From assembly GCA_963786935.1 (NCBI GenBank), contig CAWBAN010000003.1, positions 320,001 through 384,000 of the forward strand: 64,000 nucleotides of DNA, in the 5' to 3' direction. Below are positions 9,536 through 18,024 of the stretch, piece after piece; position 1 is the first letter of the stretch; each line of letters opens with the position of its first letter. The position numbers and the translations under genes are program-made. The notes beneath the pieces are model-generated. The model saw only the letters and a list, made by a program, of their open reading frames with translations. It had not been told where the DNA came from and did not search any database. The DNA is from an uncultured bacterium. GTDB taxonomy: Bacteria > Krumholzibacteriota > Krumholzibacteriia > Krumholzibacteriales > Krumholzibacteriaceae.

Positions 9536-10192
9536 ATGTGTAGGGTTTTCTTTGCAGTTGCCGCGGTGCTCGTGTTTGTCTCCCCCGCGCGCGCCTGCGA
9601 TGCGGATGATTGCGGCAGCTTGGTAGGCCTGAGCTGCCCGGGCATGAAAATCACCGCATGTCCGGGAGGCGATTTTGAAATGCTCAAAAGAGGGTGCGGC
9701 GGAACCGACGACTATATTTGGGTCGAAATTCACGGATGCGGCGGAACGATTCCCGGCATTCCGCCAACCGACTACTGGATCAACGCGTGCGACCCAGCCC
9801 GGCAGCTTTCTCTCTGCGCCGCACCGATTATGGCCGATTCGCTCACCGGCATGAACGGCCGAACAACGCTCTCGGGTGTCCTGAACGCGGGCGGGTGCGC
9901 TCTCAGCGGTGGGATCTGGATAGCGGTTCAGGGCAAGATAATCAAGGATTATCGCGATTGCACGCATAATGTATGTCTTCCCATCGTCGTCAAGAGCCCC
10001 GACACCACGGGGCCGGGAGGGCATCCCGACGGCATCGTCAATCTTTCCGATCTTGTGCCGTTCGGCTTCAGTTATAATAAGAACCTCGGGCGTGCCGGCT
10101 TCAACGCCTGCTGCGACTACAACGACGACGACAAATGCAACCTGAGCGATTTCGCGTTTTTCAGCGCGCACTATCAGCACCGGTGCATGTGA
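9536..10192 (+). CDS. Cys-rich secreted protein with dockerin/EF-hand-like C-terminus (paralogue 3)
   Basis: Colinear homologue; ends HYQHRCM like paralogue 2. Confidence 0.75.
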   Translation: MCRVFFAVAAVLVFVSPARACDADDCGSLVGLSCPGMKITACPGGDFEMLKRGCGGTDDYIWVEIHGCGGTIPGIPPTDYWINACDPARQLSLCAAPIMADSLTGMNGRTTLSGVLNAGGCALSGGIWIAVQGKIIKDYRDCTHNVCLPIVVKSPDTTGPGGHPDGIVNLSDLVPFGFSYNKNLGRAGFNACCDYNDDDKCNLSDFAFFSAHYQHRCM

Positions 10193-10229
10193 CCTCGGGA
10201 TTTTTTAAACGAAAGCCGCGCTCGACTGT

Positions 10230-10871
10230 ATGGATGAAATGAAAGAGGCACTGGCGCCGGACGATTCGGAGCTGGCGCGAAGGGGTCACGCGGGAGATCG
10301 AGCGGCGCTCGAGGAGCTCTTCGGGCGCTACGAAAAGGGACTGTACGGCTTCGTGAGCCGTTTCGCCGGGGGCGCTGCGGACCCGGACGACCTTTATCAA
10401 GAGGTGGTGCTCAGAGCGATCGAGAATCTCGATCGGTTCAATCCCAAGCTGAGCTTCAGCACGTGGCTTTTCACCCTCGCGGCGAACTACTGCAAGAATA
10501 TTCTCCGCTCGAAAGAGCAGCGAGGTAAGTTTCATATGCCCTCGATACGGCGAATCGGCGACGATTCGGAAGTCGATGTCATGGAGAGCGCGTCCGACGG
10601 CGCTCCGGGACCCGATCGAGCGGCCGAGAGCGCCCAGTTCATCGCCGCGCTCGAGCGCGAGCTCAAGAATCTCCCGCCCCTGCAGCGGGAGGTTTTCGTT
10701 TTGCGGGAGTTCAACGGCATTTCATTCAGGGAAATCTCGGCGATACTCAAGATACCCGAGGCGACCGCCCGCTCGCGGATGTTCCTCGCCGTCGAGCATC
10801 TCCGCGTGCGGCTGCGGGCGTTTTCGGCGGACGCCGGCGGTTCCGCCGCGCGCGCGTCCGGGAACCGATAG
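10230..10871 (+). CDS. ECF-family RNA polymerase sigma factor
   Basis: Region 2 DDLYQEV...FSTWLFTLAANYC; region 4 LPPLQREVFVLRE...SFREISAIL...TARSR. Confidence 0.92.
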   Translation: MDEMKEALAPDDSELARRGHAGDRAALEELFGRYEKGLYGFVSRFAGGAADPDDLYQEVVLRAIENLDRFNPKLSFSTWLFTLAANYCKNILRSKEQRGKFHMPSIRRIGDDSEVDVMESASDGAPGPDRAAESAQFIAALERELKNLPPLQREVFVLREFNGISFREISAILKIPEATARSRMFLAVEHLRVRLRAFSADAGGSAARASGNR

Positions 10872-10888
10872 CGAAAGGGCTGGATTCG

Positions 10889-12094
10889 ATGTCCAAGGAA
10901 CGGTTCGGTGAAAAAGGCGCTCGCGCCGCGAGGGAGCGGTGCTCCGATCCCGAGTGCATCGCGGTCCGCGAGGAGATCATGATGACGGTGTTCGCGGACG
11001 GCGCCGCCGTCGAGTCCGTTTCCGTGCACCTCGAGAAATGCGAGTCGTGCCGCGCGTGGGAGGCCGAGGTCAGGAGCATGCACCGGGGCTGCCGCGAATC
11101 CGCCGCGCAGCGGGACGTCTCCCGGTTGACGTCGGCCGCCGTGGACGGCCGCGCCGCCGGATCGCGGATTCCCGCCGGCCGCGCCCCGCGGCCGGGAGCG
11201 GCGCGCGCCTCGGACCGCGGAACGCTGTTCGTCGTCACGCTGGCCGTCATCCTTTTCAATCTCATGCTCGCGCTCAGGCTCGAGGGGAGCTCGCGTGTCC
11301 TCTACCCGGCGGTCGGCTTCATCGCCATGATGGCGGCCGCGGCATGGGTCTACGTCGACGCGACGCGCCGGGGGATGGCCGCCGCGTTCTGGACGGCGCT
11401 CCAGCCCTTCACCGTCCCCGTCGGGTTGGTCGCGTATCTCGTGTGCCGGGAGCGCGCGTCGACGCGCTGCACCTCGTGCGGGCGGACCGTTCCGTCGAGC
11501 GATCGCTTCTGTCCCGAATGCGGAAAGGGGCTCGCCGCGTGCTGCTGCGGGTGCGGGAGGATCGTGCGCCGGGAGTTCCGCGTCTGCCCGTTCTGCGGCA
11601 CGCGCCTCGAGGAGTGCTTCCCGCGCGAGGATCCGGCGGGAAGGACGTGCGGCTGGTCGCGCGCCCAGATCGCGTTCCTTGCGGCGGCGAACGCCGTTTT
11701 GCTCGCGGGATACATCGCCGCCGTCGTGCGGGGGGACGCGGGAACGTCTCTCACGGTCTCGCTGCTCTACCTGCTCGGATATTTCCCCGTTTTCAACTGG
11801 GTTGCGATCGATTCGCGGCGCCGCGCCATGCCGACGATTCTCTGGGGGTTGCTGGCACTCGTCACGCTCTATGCGGGGCTCGTTATCTATCTCGCCTGCC
11901 GGAAGGACGAGCGGGTCGAATGCTCCGTCTGCGGCTCCCATCCTCCCGTGAGCTTCAACTTCTGTCCCTGCTGCGGCTCGTCGCTCGGGACGGCGTGCCC
12001 TGCTTGCGGCGCGGCCGCCCGCGAGGGGCGCTTCTGCTCGTCGTGCGGGACGGAGATGCTCAGCGCAGCCGCTTCCCCACGGTCGCCGGAATGA
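10889..12094 (+). CDS. Putative zinc anti-sigma factor with two TM + double-zinc-ribbon modules
   Basis: HLEKCESC (HxxxCxxC) near the N-terminus. Two repeats of W...DA.RR.M...W TM segment followed by CxxC...FCPxCG ribbons. Confidence 0.7.
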   Translation: MSKERFGEKGARAARERCSDPECIAVREEIMMTVFADGAAVESVSVHLEKCESCRAWEAEVRSMHRGCRESAAQRDVSRLTSAAVDGRAAGSRIPAGRAPRPGAARASDRGTLFVVTLAVILFNLMLALRLEGSSRVLYPAVGFIAMMAAAAWVYVDATRRGMAAAFWTALQPFTVPVGLVAYLVCRERASTRCTSCGRTVPSSDRFCPECGKGLAACCCGCGRIVRREFRVCPFCGTRLEECFPREDPAGRTCGWSRAQIAFLAAANAVLLAGYIAAVVRGDAGTSLTVSLLYLLGYFPVFNWVAIDSRRRAMPTILWGLLALVTLYAGLVIYLACRKDERVECSVCGSHPPVSFNFCPCCGSSLGTACPACGAAAREGRFCSSCGTEMLSAAASPRSPE

Positions 12095-12476
12095 GCCTGC
12101 CGTACTTGACGCCCTTCATCGCGATCAGCTCGTCGGCGATGAGCCGCACGGCGCCCGGTTTTCCCCGTATGATCTTCGTCTCGAGGCACGTGTCGTGATC
12201 GAGGTGGAGATGGAGCGTCGTGACGATCTCGCCGTGATGCCCGTGCTCCTTGCTCAGCATCCGCGCGGACAGCTCCCGCATCCGGTGGTCGTAGACGATC
12301 ACGAGAACGCCGATGACCTCTTTCCGCGCGGAGCTCCATTCCTCCTCGACGAGGGCGCCCCGCACGAGATCGCGGATCGCCTCCGAGCGCGTCGAATACT
12401 TCTTGCGCCGGACGTGGAGATCGAGCTTCGCGAGGAGCTCGCCGTCCATCGAAACGCCGAACCGCGTCGTTTTCAT
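12060..12476 (-). CDS. nikR: Nickel-responsive transcriptional regulator NikR
   Basis: RFGVSMD...RSEAIRDL ribbon-helix-helix; HxH...HLHLDHDTCLE nickel site. Confidence 0.95.
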   Translation of the reverse strand: MKTTRFGVSMDGELLAKLDLHVRRKKYSTRSEAIRDLVRGALVEEEWSSARKEVIGVLVIVYDHRMRELSARMLSKEHGHHGEIVTTLHLHLDHDTCLETKIIRGKPGAVRLIADELIAMKGVKYGRLIPATVGKRLR

Positions 12477-14041
12477 GAGTGCTTATCCTCCGTGTAATGC
12501 GAGTGCCTGAACTCCGCCGGCGTCTCCCGGTGCGCGTGCCGGTGCGCATGGGCGAGCCCGGCCCGCTCGAGGAGCGGCGCGTCGGCGAGGGCGCGCCCGA
12601 CGGGGCCGATGAAGAGGGGGCGTTTCTCGCCGCCGAGAACGACCGCCTCGTCTCCGATGTGGCGGGCGAGCATGAGATCCTGCGTGGCCACGACGAGCGT
12701 CTTTCCGCGCGCGGCGAGAGCGCTCAGAATGTCGATGAGGACTCCCTCCGCCGCGGGATCGAGGCTCGCCGTCGGCTCGTCGAGGAGGTACGCCTCGAGA
12801 TCGAGCGTGAGTATCGAGGCGAGCGCGACGCGCTTCTTCTCCCCGCCGCTCAGGTTGTACGGATAGCGGTCCGCGAGGGGGGCGATGCCGAGCTCGGCGA
12901 GCGCGGCGTCGACGCGCCTCGACACCTCCGCCTCGTCGAAGCCCATCTGGCGCGGACCGAAGGCGAGCTCCTCGCGGACGGTCGTCGAAAAGCACTGCAC
13001 GTCGGCGTCCTGAAAAACGAGCCCCGCCGTGCTCCTGAAGAACCTCCGGAACACAGGGTCCCCGAGCGCCTTCTCCGTCAGGGGCCGCCCGAACGCCGCC
13101 ACGGAACCGGCCTGTGGGAACAGGAGCCCGTCGAGCACCTTGAGGAGCGTCGATTTGCCCGAGCCGTTGCGGCCGAGGAGGATCGTGCAGCGCCCGCGCG
13201 GGATCTCGAGGCGGTCGATCGAAAGTCCCGGGATGTCTCCCGGGTACGTGAACCGCACGTTATCGATCTCGAACGCGGCCGTCGAGGGACGATCCCCGGC
13301 TCCGCCCGCGGCCCCGCCCGCCGGCCGGCCGCCTTCGTCATCCCATCCGCGCGACACCATCGCCATATGCACTCCTTCCGCGAGATGGAGCGATTTCAGA
13401 AACAGATACCCCGCGCTGCGCGAGACGAACGCCGTCTCCTGCCGGAGCGGGAGCGCGGCGACGACCCTGCTCTCGCGCGCCATGAGGAGCTCGGAGAGCG
13501 CGCGCAGCAGCAGGAGCAGGTACCGGTAGGAGAGGGACAGGAGCGAAACGACGACGCCGGGGAGCCGCAGGCTCCCGAGCGCCTCGAGCACGCGATGCCA
13601 AGGCGTCGTGAGCACGAGGAGAATGGGGAACGACACGGACGCCGAGACGCGCAGCATGAGCATGAGCGCCGCGCGCGCTCCCTCCCTCGTGATAACGAGC
13701 GGCCCGAGCGAAGCGACCGGGGAACCCGGCGTAATGAAAAGCGCCGGGACGGCGACGACCGCCGTGAAGAGCGGCACGAAGATCCAGATCCGCTTCGTGA
13801 ACGCGCCCACGCCGATTTTCGAAAGAGCCGCGAGCGTCGTCGCGAGGGCGTACAGGCAGACGAGGACAACGGCGCTGTGCGTGAGGGAGCAGAGGAGCAC
13901 GAGCGCGGCGAACACGACGATCTTGAGCCGCGGATCGATCGCCTGCAGAAAGCCCCGCGCGCGGCACGACGCTTCGCTCGCGACCGTCCGCTCGATCGCG
14001 CCGGCCACCGCCGAGACGTTTCGTTCAAGAAATCCCGCCAT
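12473..14041 (-). CDS. Fused ECF transporter T component (CbiQ/NikQ) + ATPase (CbiO/NikO)
   Basis: N-half IDPRLK...ARESR...AMVSRG; Gly-rich linker; Walker A GRNGSGKST, LSGGEKKRV, LLDEPT; His-rich tail. Confidence 0.88.
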   Translation of the reverse strand: MAGFLERNVSAVAGAIERTVASEASCRARGFLQAIDPRLKIVVFAALVLLCSLTHSAVVLVCLYALATTLAALSKIGVGAFTKRIWIFVPLFTAVVAVPALFITPGSPVASLGPLVITREGARAALMLMLRVSASVSFPILLVLTTPWHRVLEALGSLRLPGVVVSLLSLSYRYLLLLLRALSELLMARESRVVAALPLRQETAFVSRSAGYLFLKSLHLAEGVHMAMVSRGWDDEGGRPAGGAAGGAGDRPSTAAFEIDNVRFTYPGDIPGLSIDRLEIPRGRCTILLGRNGSGKSTLLKVLDGLLFPQAGSVAAFGRPLTEKALGDPVFRRFFRSTAGLVFQDADVQCFSTTVREELAFGPRQMGFDEAEVSRRVDAALAELGIAPLADRYPYNLSGGEKKRVALASILTLDLEAYLLDEPTASLDPAAEGVLIDILSALAARGKTLVVATQDLMLARHIGDEAVVLGGEKRPLFIGPVGRALADAPLLERAGLAHAHRHAHRETPAEFRHSHYTEDKHS

Positions 14042-14348
14042 GCCTCGCCATCCGCGCGACGCCCATAGCAAGGAGCGCCGTGGTCCCCGCTCCGAGTATC
14101 GCCGCGACGATCGTGCCGAGCCCTTCGCGGACGGGGCCCTCCTCCAGGCCGGGCACGGTGTAGTTCTTCAGCGGGCTCTCGACGCCGCCGTTCGCGCTCG
14201 AGCGCATTCCCTCGGGGACGAATCCCGAGCGCTCCTCGATGCCCGCGAGATCCCATTCACCCCATGCGCCCCCCGCGGCGATGATGCCGAGCGGCGCGAG
14301 AACGGCGAGCGCGAGGAGCACGATCCATCCGGCGCGGTATTTCTTCAC
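14025..14348 (-). CDS. NikN/PDGLE-type accessory membrane component
   Basis: GTG start overlapping the cbiM stop; LAPLG...AWGEW...PL..YTVPG motif. Confidence 0.8.
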   Translation of the reverse strand: MKKYRAGWIVLLALAVLAPLGIIAAGGAWGEWDLAGIEERSGFVPEGMRSSANGGVESPLKNYTVPGLEEGPVREGLGTIVAAILGAGTTALLAMGVARMARHGGIS

Positions 14349-15031
14349 GGCTTCGCCCGCCCTTCCTCGAAAAGCTCCCGGTGATATTTCCCGAGAAACG
14401 CCGTCACGCCTCCGGTGAGGATCGCCTCGGCGGCGCCGGCGACCGTGAGGTGCGGAATCGCCATCGCCGGAATCGTCACGGCGAGGGGGAAGGGAGCGTA
14501 GAGCGGCGCGCCGTCCGGCAGATGATGGAGGAGCGGCTGGATCCCGAGCTCGACCGCGACGAGGAGCGCGGCGACGTTGATCCCGACGTAGCCGCCGGCG
14601 GCCGCGGCGGCCGCGAAGCGCCGGTCGCCGGGGGCGGCGGGCCCCCGCAGGAGCCTGAAGACGAGCCAGCCAGCGAGCGGCATGGCGAAGCCGATGTTGA
14701 ACGCGTTCGCGCCGAGCGCGAGCAGCCCGCCGTCGCCGAAGAAGAGCGCCTGCACCGCGAGGGCGAGCGTCACCGCCATGAGCGCCGCCCACGGGCCGAC
14801 GAGCACCGCGATGAGGACGCCTCCCGCCGCGTGTCCGGTCGTTCCGCCGGGGAGCGGGATATTGAACATCATGACGAGAAACGAGAACGCCGAGAGGAGC
14901 GAGAGCAGCGCCACGCGGCGTTCCCGGAAGCCGCGGCGGACGGCGCGGAGCGAGAGCGCCCACAGCGGCGCCGCCAGAACGTAGAACGCGCCCGCGGTCT
15001 GCGGCGACAGGTAACCGTCGGGAATGTGCAT
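14345..15031 (-). CDS. cbiM: Ni/Co ECF transporter S component CbiM/NikM
   Basis: N-terminal MHIPDGYLS; GTTGH; QALFFGDGG. Confidence 0.93.
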   Translation of the reverse strand: MHIPDGYLSPQTAGAFYVLAAPLWALSLRAVRRGFRERRVALLSLLSAFSFLVMMFNIPLPGGTTGHAAGGVLIAVLVGPWAALMAVTLALAVQALFFGDGGLLALGANAFNIGFAMPLAGWLVFRLLRGPAAPGDRRFAAAAAAGGYVGINVAALLVAVELGIQPLLHHLPDGAPLYAPFPLAVTIPAMAIPHLTVAGAAEAILTGGVTAFLGKYHRELFEEGRAKP

Positions 15032-15050
15032 GGCGCCTCCTCCGGCAATC

Positions 15051-15078
15051 GTGTTATCAATTCAATAAATCGTAGCAC
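15051..15078. promoter_or_regulatory. Probable NikR operator
   Basis: GTGTTA-N16-TAGCAC imperfect palindrome with an AT-rich spacer, 20 bp upstream of the cbiM start; nikR lies in the same operon. Confidence 0.75.
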
Positions 15079-15148
15079 AATGATACCGGCGACGCGGCGG
15101 CGCGTCAAACGTTTTCTCCCGGGCGCATCCGTGCTATACTGCGCCCCC

Positions 15149-15847
15149 ATGGACCGGCGTTTCATGGAAATATACCGGCTGCTGCGGGGCGCGTACGGGC
15201 CGCGGCGGTGGTGGCCCGTCACGCCTCCGGGCGGGACGAAGCCCCGTTACACGGGCGGCCCGCGGAGCGCGCGTCAGCGTTTCGAGGTCGCGGTCGGCGC
15301 CGTCCTCACGCAGAACACCGCGTGGACCAACGCGGCGCGCGCCGTCGAGAGCCTGAACCTCCTCGGCGCGATGAGCCCCCGCGCGATCGCTTGCTTGGAC
15401 GAGCGCGCGCTCGCCGCGGCGATCCGCCCAGCCGGCTATTTCAACCAGAAGGCGAAGCGGCTCAAGACGATCGCGCGCTCCTTCCGCGCCGGTCGCGCCG
15501 GAACGCGCGAGGGGCTGCTCGCGTTGAACGGTGTCGGCCCCGAAACGGCCGATTCGATCATGCTCTATGCGTTCGGCGAGCGGTATTTCGTCGTCGACGC
15601 CTATACGAGAAGGCTTTTCGGGCGCCTCGGGCTCGTCGGACCGTCCGATCCGTACGAGGAAATCAGGGATCGATTCGAACGGAACCTTCCGCGCCGCGTC
15701 TTCGTTTATCGGGAGTATCACGCCCTGATCGTCGAGCACGGGAAGCTCGTATGCCGAAAATTACCTATTTGTAAAAATTGTCTTTTACAAAGTATGTGTC
15801 TTATGTATCTTGAGAGAAAGGAATCGGCACCTGAGGGGACTGTGTAA
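15149..15847 (+). CDS. Endonuclease III-related HhH-GPD DNA glycosylase
   Basis: GAVLTQNTAW, GVGPETADSI, VVDAYTRR, [4Fe-4S] motif CRKLPICKNCLLQSMC. Confidence 0.9.
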   Translation: MDRRFMEIYRLLRGAYGPRRWWPVTPPGGTKPRYTGGPRSARQRFEVAVGAVLTQNTAWTNAARAVESLNLLGAMSPRAIACLDERALAAAIRPAGYFNQKAKRLKTIARSFRAGRAGTREGLLALNGVGPETADSIMLYAFGERYFVVDAYTRRLFGRLGLVGPSDPYEEIRDRFERNLPRRVFVYREYHALIVEHGKLVCRKLPICKNCLLQSMCLMYLERKESAPEGTV

Positions 15848-15912
15848 GGGGATCTTCGCGGGCTCGAAGATAAGAAGGGGATGGGTGTCGATTTTTATTC
15901 CAGGGGGCTAAG

Positions 15913-15952
15913 AATAATTATTGACAGTGGAAGCTATTCCAATTAATATTAA
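15913..15952 (+). promoter_or_regulatory. Sigma70-type promoter with overlapping AT-rich palindromes (Per/Fur-box-like)
   Basis: TTGACA (15921-26), 17 bp, TAATAT (15944-49). Palindromes AATAATTATT (15913-22) and TTAATATTAA (15943-52). Confidence 0.7.
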
Positions 15953-15982
15953 TAAGTTGGCAGAATCCAGGAGGCAGACCAT

Positions 15983-16399
15983 ATGATCTCATTCGAGGAG
16001 ACGATCCAGAAGCTCCGCAGCGAAGGATTCAAGCTCACTCCTCAGCGGCTCGCGGTGATCAGGTACATGCTCGGCAATACCGAGCATCCATCCGCGCTCA
16101 AGATCCACAAGGAGCTGCGCCGCCGCTATCCGACGCTTTCCTTCTCGACCGTGTACAACACACTCAGCATGCTCGAGAAGATCGACGAGGTGCAGTCGCT
16201 CCACATTTTCGACGGGTATCTCAACTACGATCCGAACACCAGCCCTCATATCCACTGCTGCTGCAAGTCGTGCGGGAATATCTACGACATCATGATGGAG
16301 GGACGGGCGGACGTCATCGTGCCCCGCACGGAAATCGAGGGATTTCTCATCGATCATGTCGGTGTCGTTTTCCAGGGCACCTGCGGACGCTGCAGATAG
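15983..16399 (+). CDS. perR: Fur-family regulator, PerR-like
   Basis: LTPQR...HPSA...TVYNTL; H.H..CKSC and CGRC zinc site; heads a rubredoxin/ferritin operon. Confidence 0.8.
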   Translation: MISFEETIQKLRSEGFKLTPQRLAVIRYMLGNTEHPSALKIHKELRRRYPTLSFSTVYNTLSMLEKIDEVQSLHIFDGYLNYDPNTSPHIHCCCKSCGNIYDIMMEGRADVIVPRTEIEGFLIDHVGVVFQGTCGRCR

Positions 16400-16411
16400 G
16401 GAGGAGCCCGC

Positions 16412-17029
16412 TTGATAGCTCAGGGCTGGAAGTGCTCCGTCTGCGGACACGTCGCCGTCGGTTTATTCCCTCCGGATGCATGCCCCAAGTGCAACGCCCC
16501 CCGCGAAGCCTTCAAGGCCGAGCACGAGTTCCTCTTTCCCCCCGAAGAGACCGAGGGAGTCATCAAGGCGTGCTGGAAAATCAGCTACGGGCTCTATATC
16601 GTGTCGTCCGTCTCCGGGGAGCGCGTCAACGGCCAGGTCTGCAACACGGTGTTTCAGATCACGAGCGATCCGCCGCGAATCGCGATCGGGATCAACCATC
16701 AGAACCTGACGCACGAGTTCATCGAGGCGAGCGGCGTTTTCGCGGTCTCGATCCTCGGGAACGATCATGTCAGGATGGTCAGGCGCTTCGGGTATCGCTC
16801 GGGCAGGGATTTCGACAAGTTCAAAGACGTGCCGGTGCGGATCGGACGCACGGGATGCCCGGTCCTCGAGGAGGCGCTCGGATATCTCGAATGCACGCTC
16901 GTCAAGGACCGGAAGCTCGACGCGGGGACGCACAGCGTCTTCGTCGGGGACGTGGTCGGCGGCGCGCTGTTCAAGAACGAGGAGCCGCTCACCTATGCGC
17001 GGTATCACGCGTTGAAAAGCACCGCATAG
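16412..17029 (+). CDS. Rubredoxin-like domain + flavin reductase family protein
   Basis: WKCSVCG...CPKC then ISYGLYIVSS...FGYRSGRDFDKF...GTHSVFVG; TTG start after GGAGG. Confidence 0.88.
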   Translation: MIAQGWKCSVCGHVAVGLFPPDACPKCNAPREAFKAEHEFLFPPEETEGVIKACWKISYGLYIVSSVSGERVNGQVCNTVFQITSDPPRIAIGINHQNLTHEFIEASGVFAVSILGNDHVRMVRRFGYRSGRDFDKFKDVPVRIGRTGCPVLEEALGYLECTLVKDRKLDAGTHSVFVGDVVGGALFKNEEPLTYARYHALKSTA

Positions 17030-17099
17030 AGAATCCGGGCGGACCCGATTCCCCGGAGATTCACCGGCAATCATTCGCAGGGCGAAAGGAGCGTACGCC

Positions 17100-17591
17100 G
17101 TGGGTGGACAGACGGGAGATTTCAAGCACGTGCTCGCGGGCGCCATCTATCGCGAGATCGGCGCGCGGAATTTCTACCGGACGATTTCCGATTCCATAAA
17201 GAACGCCGAGGGGAAGGAACGGTTCGCGCGCCTCTCGGGGGACGAGGAAGGGCACCGGGTGAAGCTCGAGGGCTGGTACGGGAAGCTCTTCAAGGAGAAG
17301 TTCGTTCCCGACAAGAAAGAGCTCGCCGACGCCGAGATCAAGGGCATCCATGTCGACGAGAAGACCGGCGCGATGCAAGCGCTCGACCTCGCCATCAATG
17401 CGGAGATGAAGGCGGAGGAGTTCTACGCGCACCAGGCGGAGACGATCGAGAACGCGGAGCTCGCGAAGCTCCTCGGGCAGCTCGCCGCCGAGGAGCACGG
17501 GCACTACGAGCTCCTGCTCGCGGAGCGCGGCTCCCTGACGGGCGGCTTCTACTGGTTCGACATGGATTCGGCGCAGTTCCTCGAGGATTGA
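17100..17591 (+). CDS. Ferritin-like (rubrerythrin-family) protein
   Basis: E...FY, EEGH, E...FY, EEHGH di-iron pattern; AAGGAG RBS. Confidence 0.85.
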   Translation: MGGQTGDFKHVLAGAIYREIGARNFYRTISDSIKNAEGKERFARLSGDEEGHRVKLEGWYGKLFKEKFVPDKKELADAEIKGIHVDEKTGAMQALDLAINAEMKAEEFYAHQAETIENAELAKLLGQLAAEEHGHYELLLAERGSLTGGFYWFDMDSAQFLED

Positions 17592-17608
17592 AACTGACGG
17601 AGGACCGC

Positions 17609-17731
17609 ATGAAGAAGAAATGGAAATGCACGCTGTGCGGCTACATCCACACGGGGGAAACGCCCCCCGAGAAGTGCCCCGTGTGCGGCGCGTCGAGCGA
17701 TAAGTTCGTCCTCTACGTGCCGAAACGCTAA
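17609..17731 (+). CDS. Small rubredoxin-like protein (40 aa; not in ORF track)
   Basis: Hand translation [48 protein letters not shown]. Confidence 0.88.
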   Translation: MKKKWKCTLCGYIHTGETPPEKCPVCGASSDKFVLYVPKR

Positions 17732-17833
17732 ATAGCTTTTCAAGCGGCTGTTTTTCATGGATACTGGGCTCGCGGGACGTTCCGGCGCGGCGAACGGCGC
17801 CGCGCGGGACGGCGCATCGAAAGGAGCATGATT

Positions 17834-17992
17834 ATGGACAAGTGGGTCTGCACGATCTGCGGTTATATCTACGATCCGGCGAAAGGCGACCGGGAAAGCG
17901 GCGTCAAGCCGGGAACGCCGTTCGAGGCGCTTCCCGACGATTGGGTATGCCCGGACTGCGGAGCTCCCAAGAGCGATTTCGAGAAGATGTAA
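17834..17992 (+). CDS. rub: Rubredoxin (52 aa; not in ORF track)
   Basis: Hand translation [19 protein letters not shown]...[36 protein letters not shown]. Confidence 0.95.
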   Translation: MDKWVCTICGYIYDPAKGDRESGVKPGTPFEALPDDWVCPDCGAPKSDFEKM

Positions 17993-18024
17993 GCGCGGTT
18001 CGAATGCAAGGAGGTTTGCGCGCG

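Noticed and set aside
8096..10192. Triplet considered as a diversity-generating retroelement target/template or a CRISPR-like array
   Set aside because: No reverse transcriptase or cas gene in the window; differences are not adenine-specific; the repeats are whole coding genes
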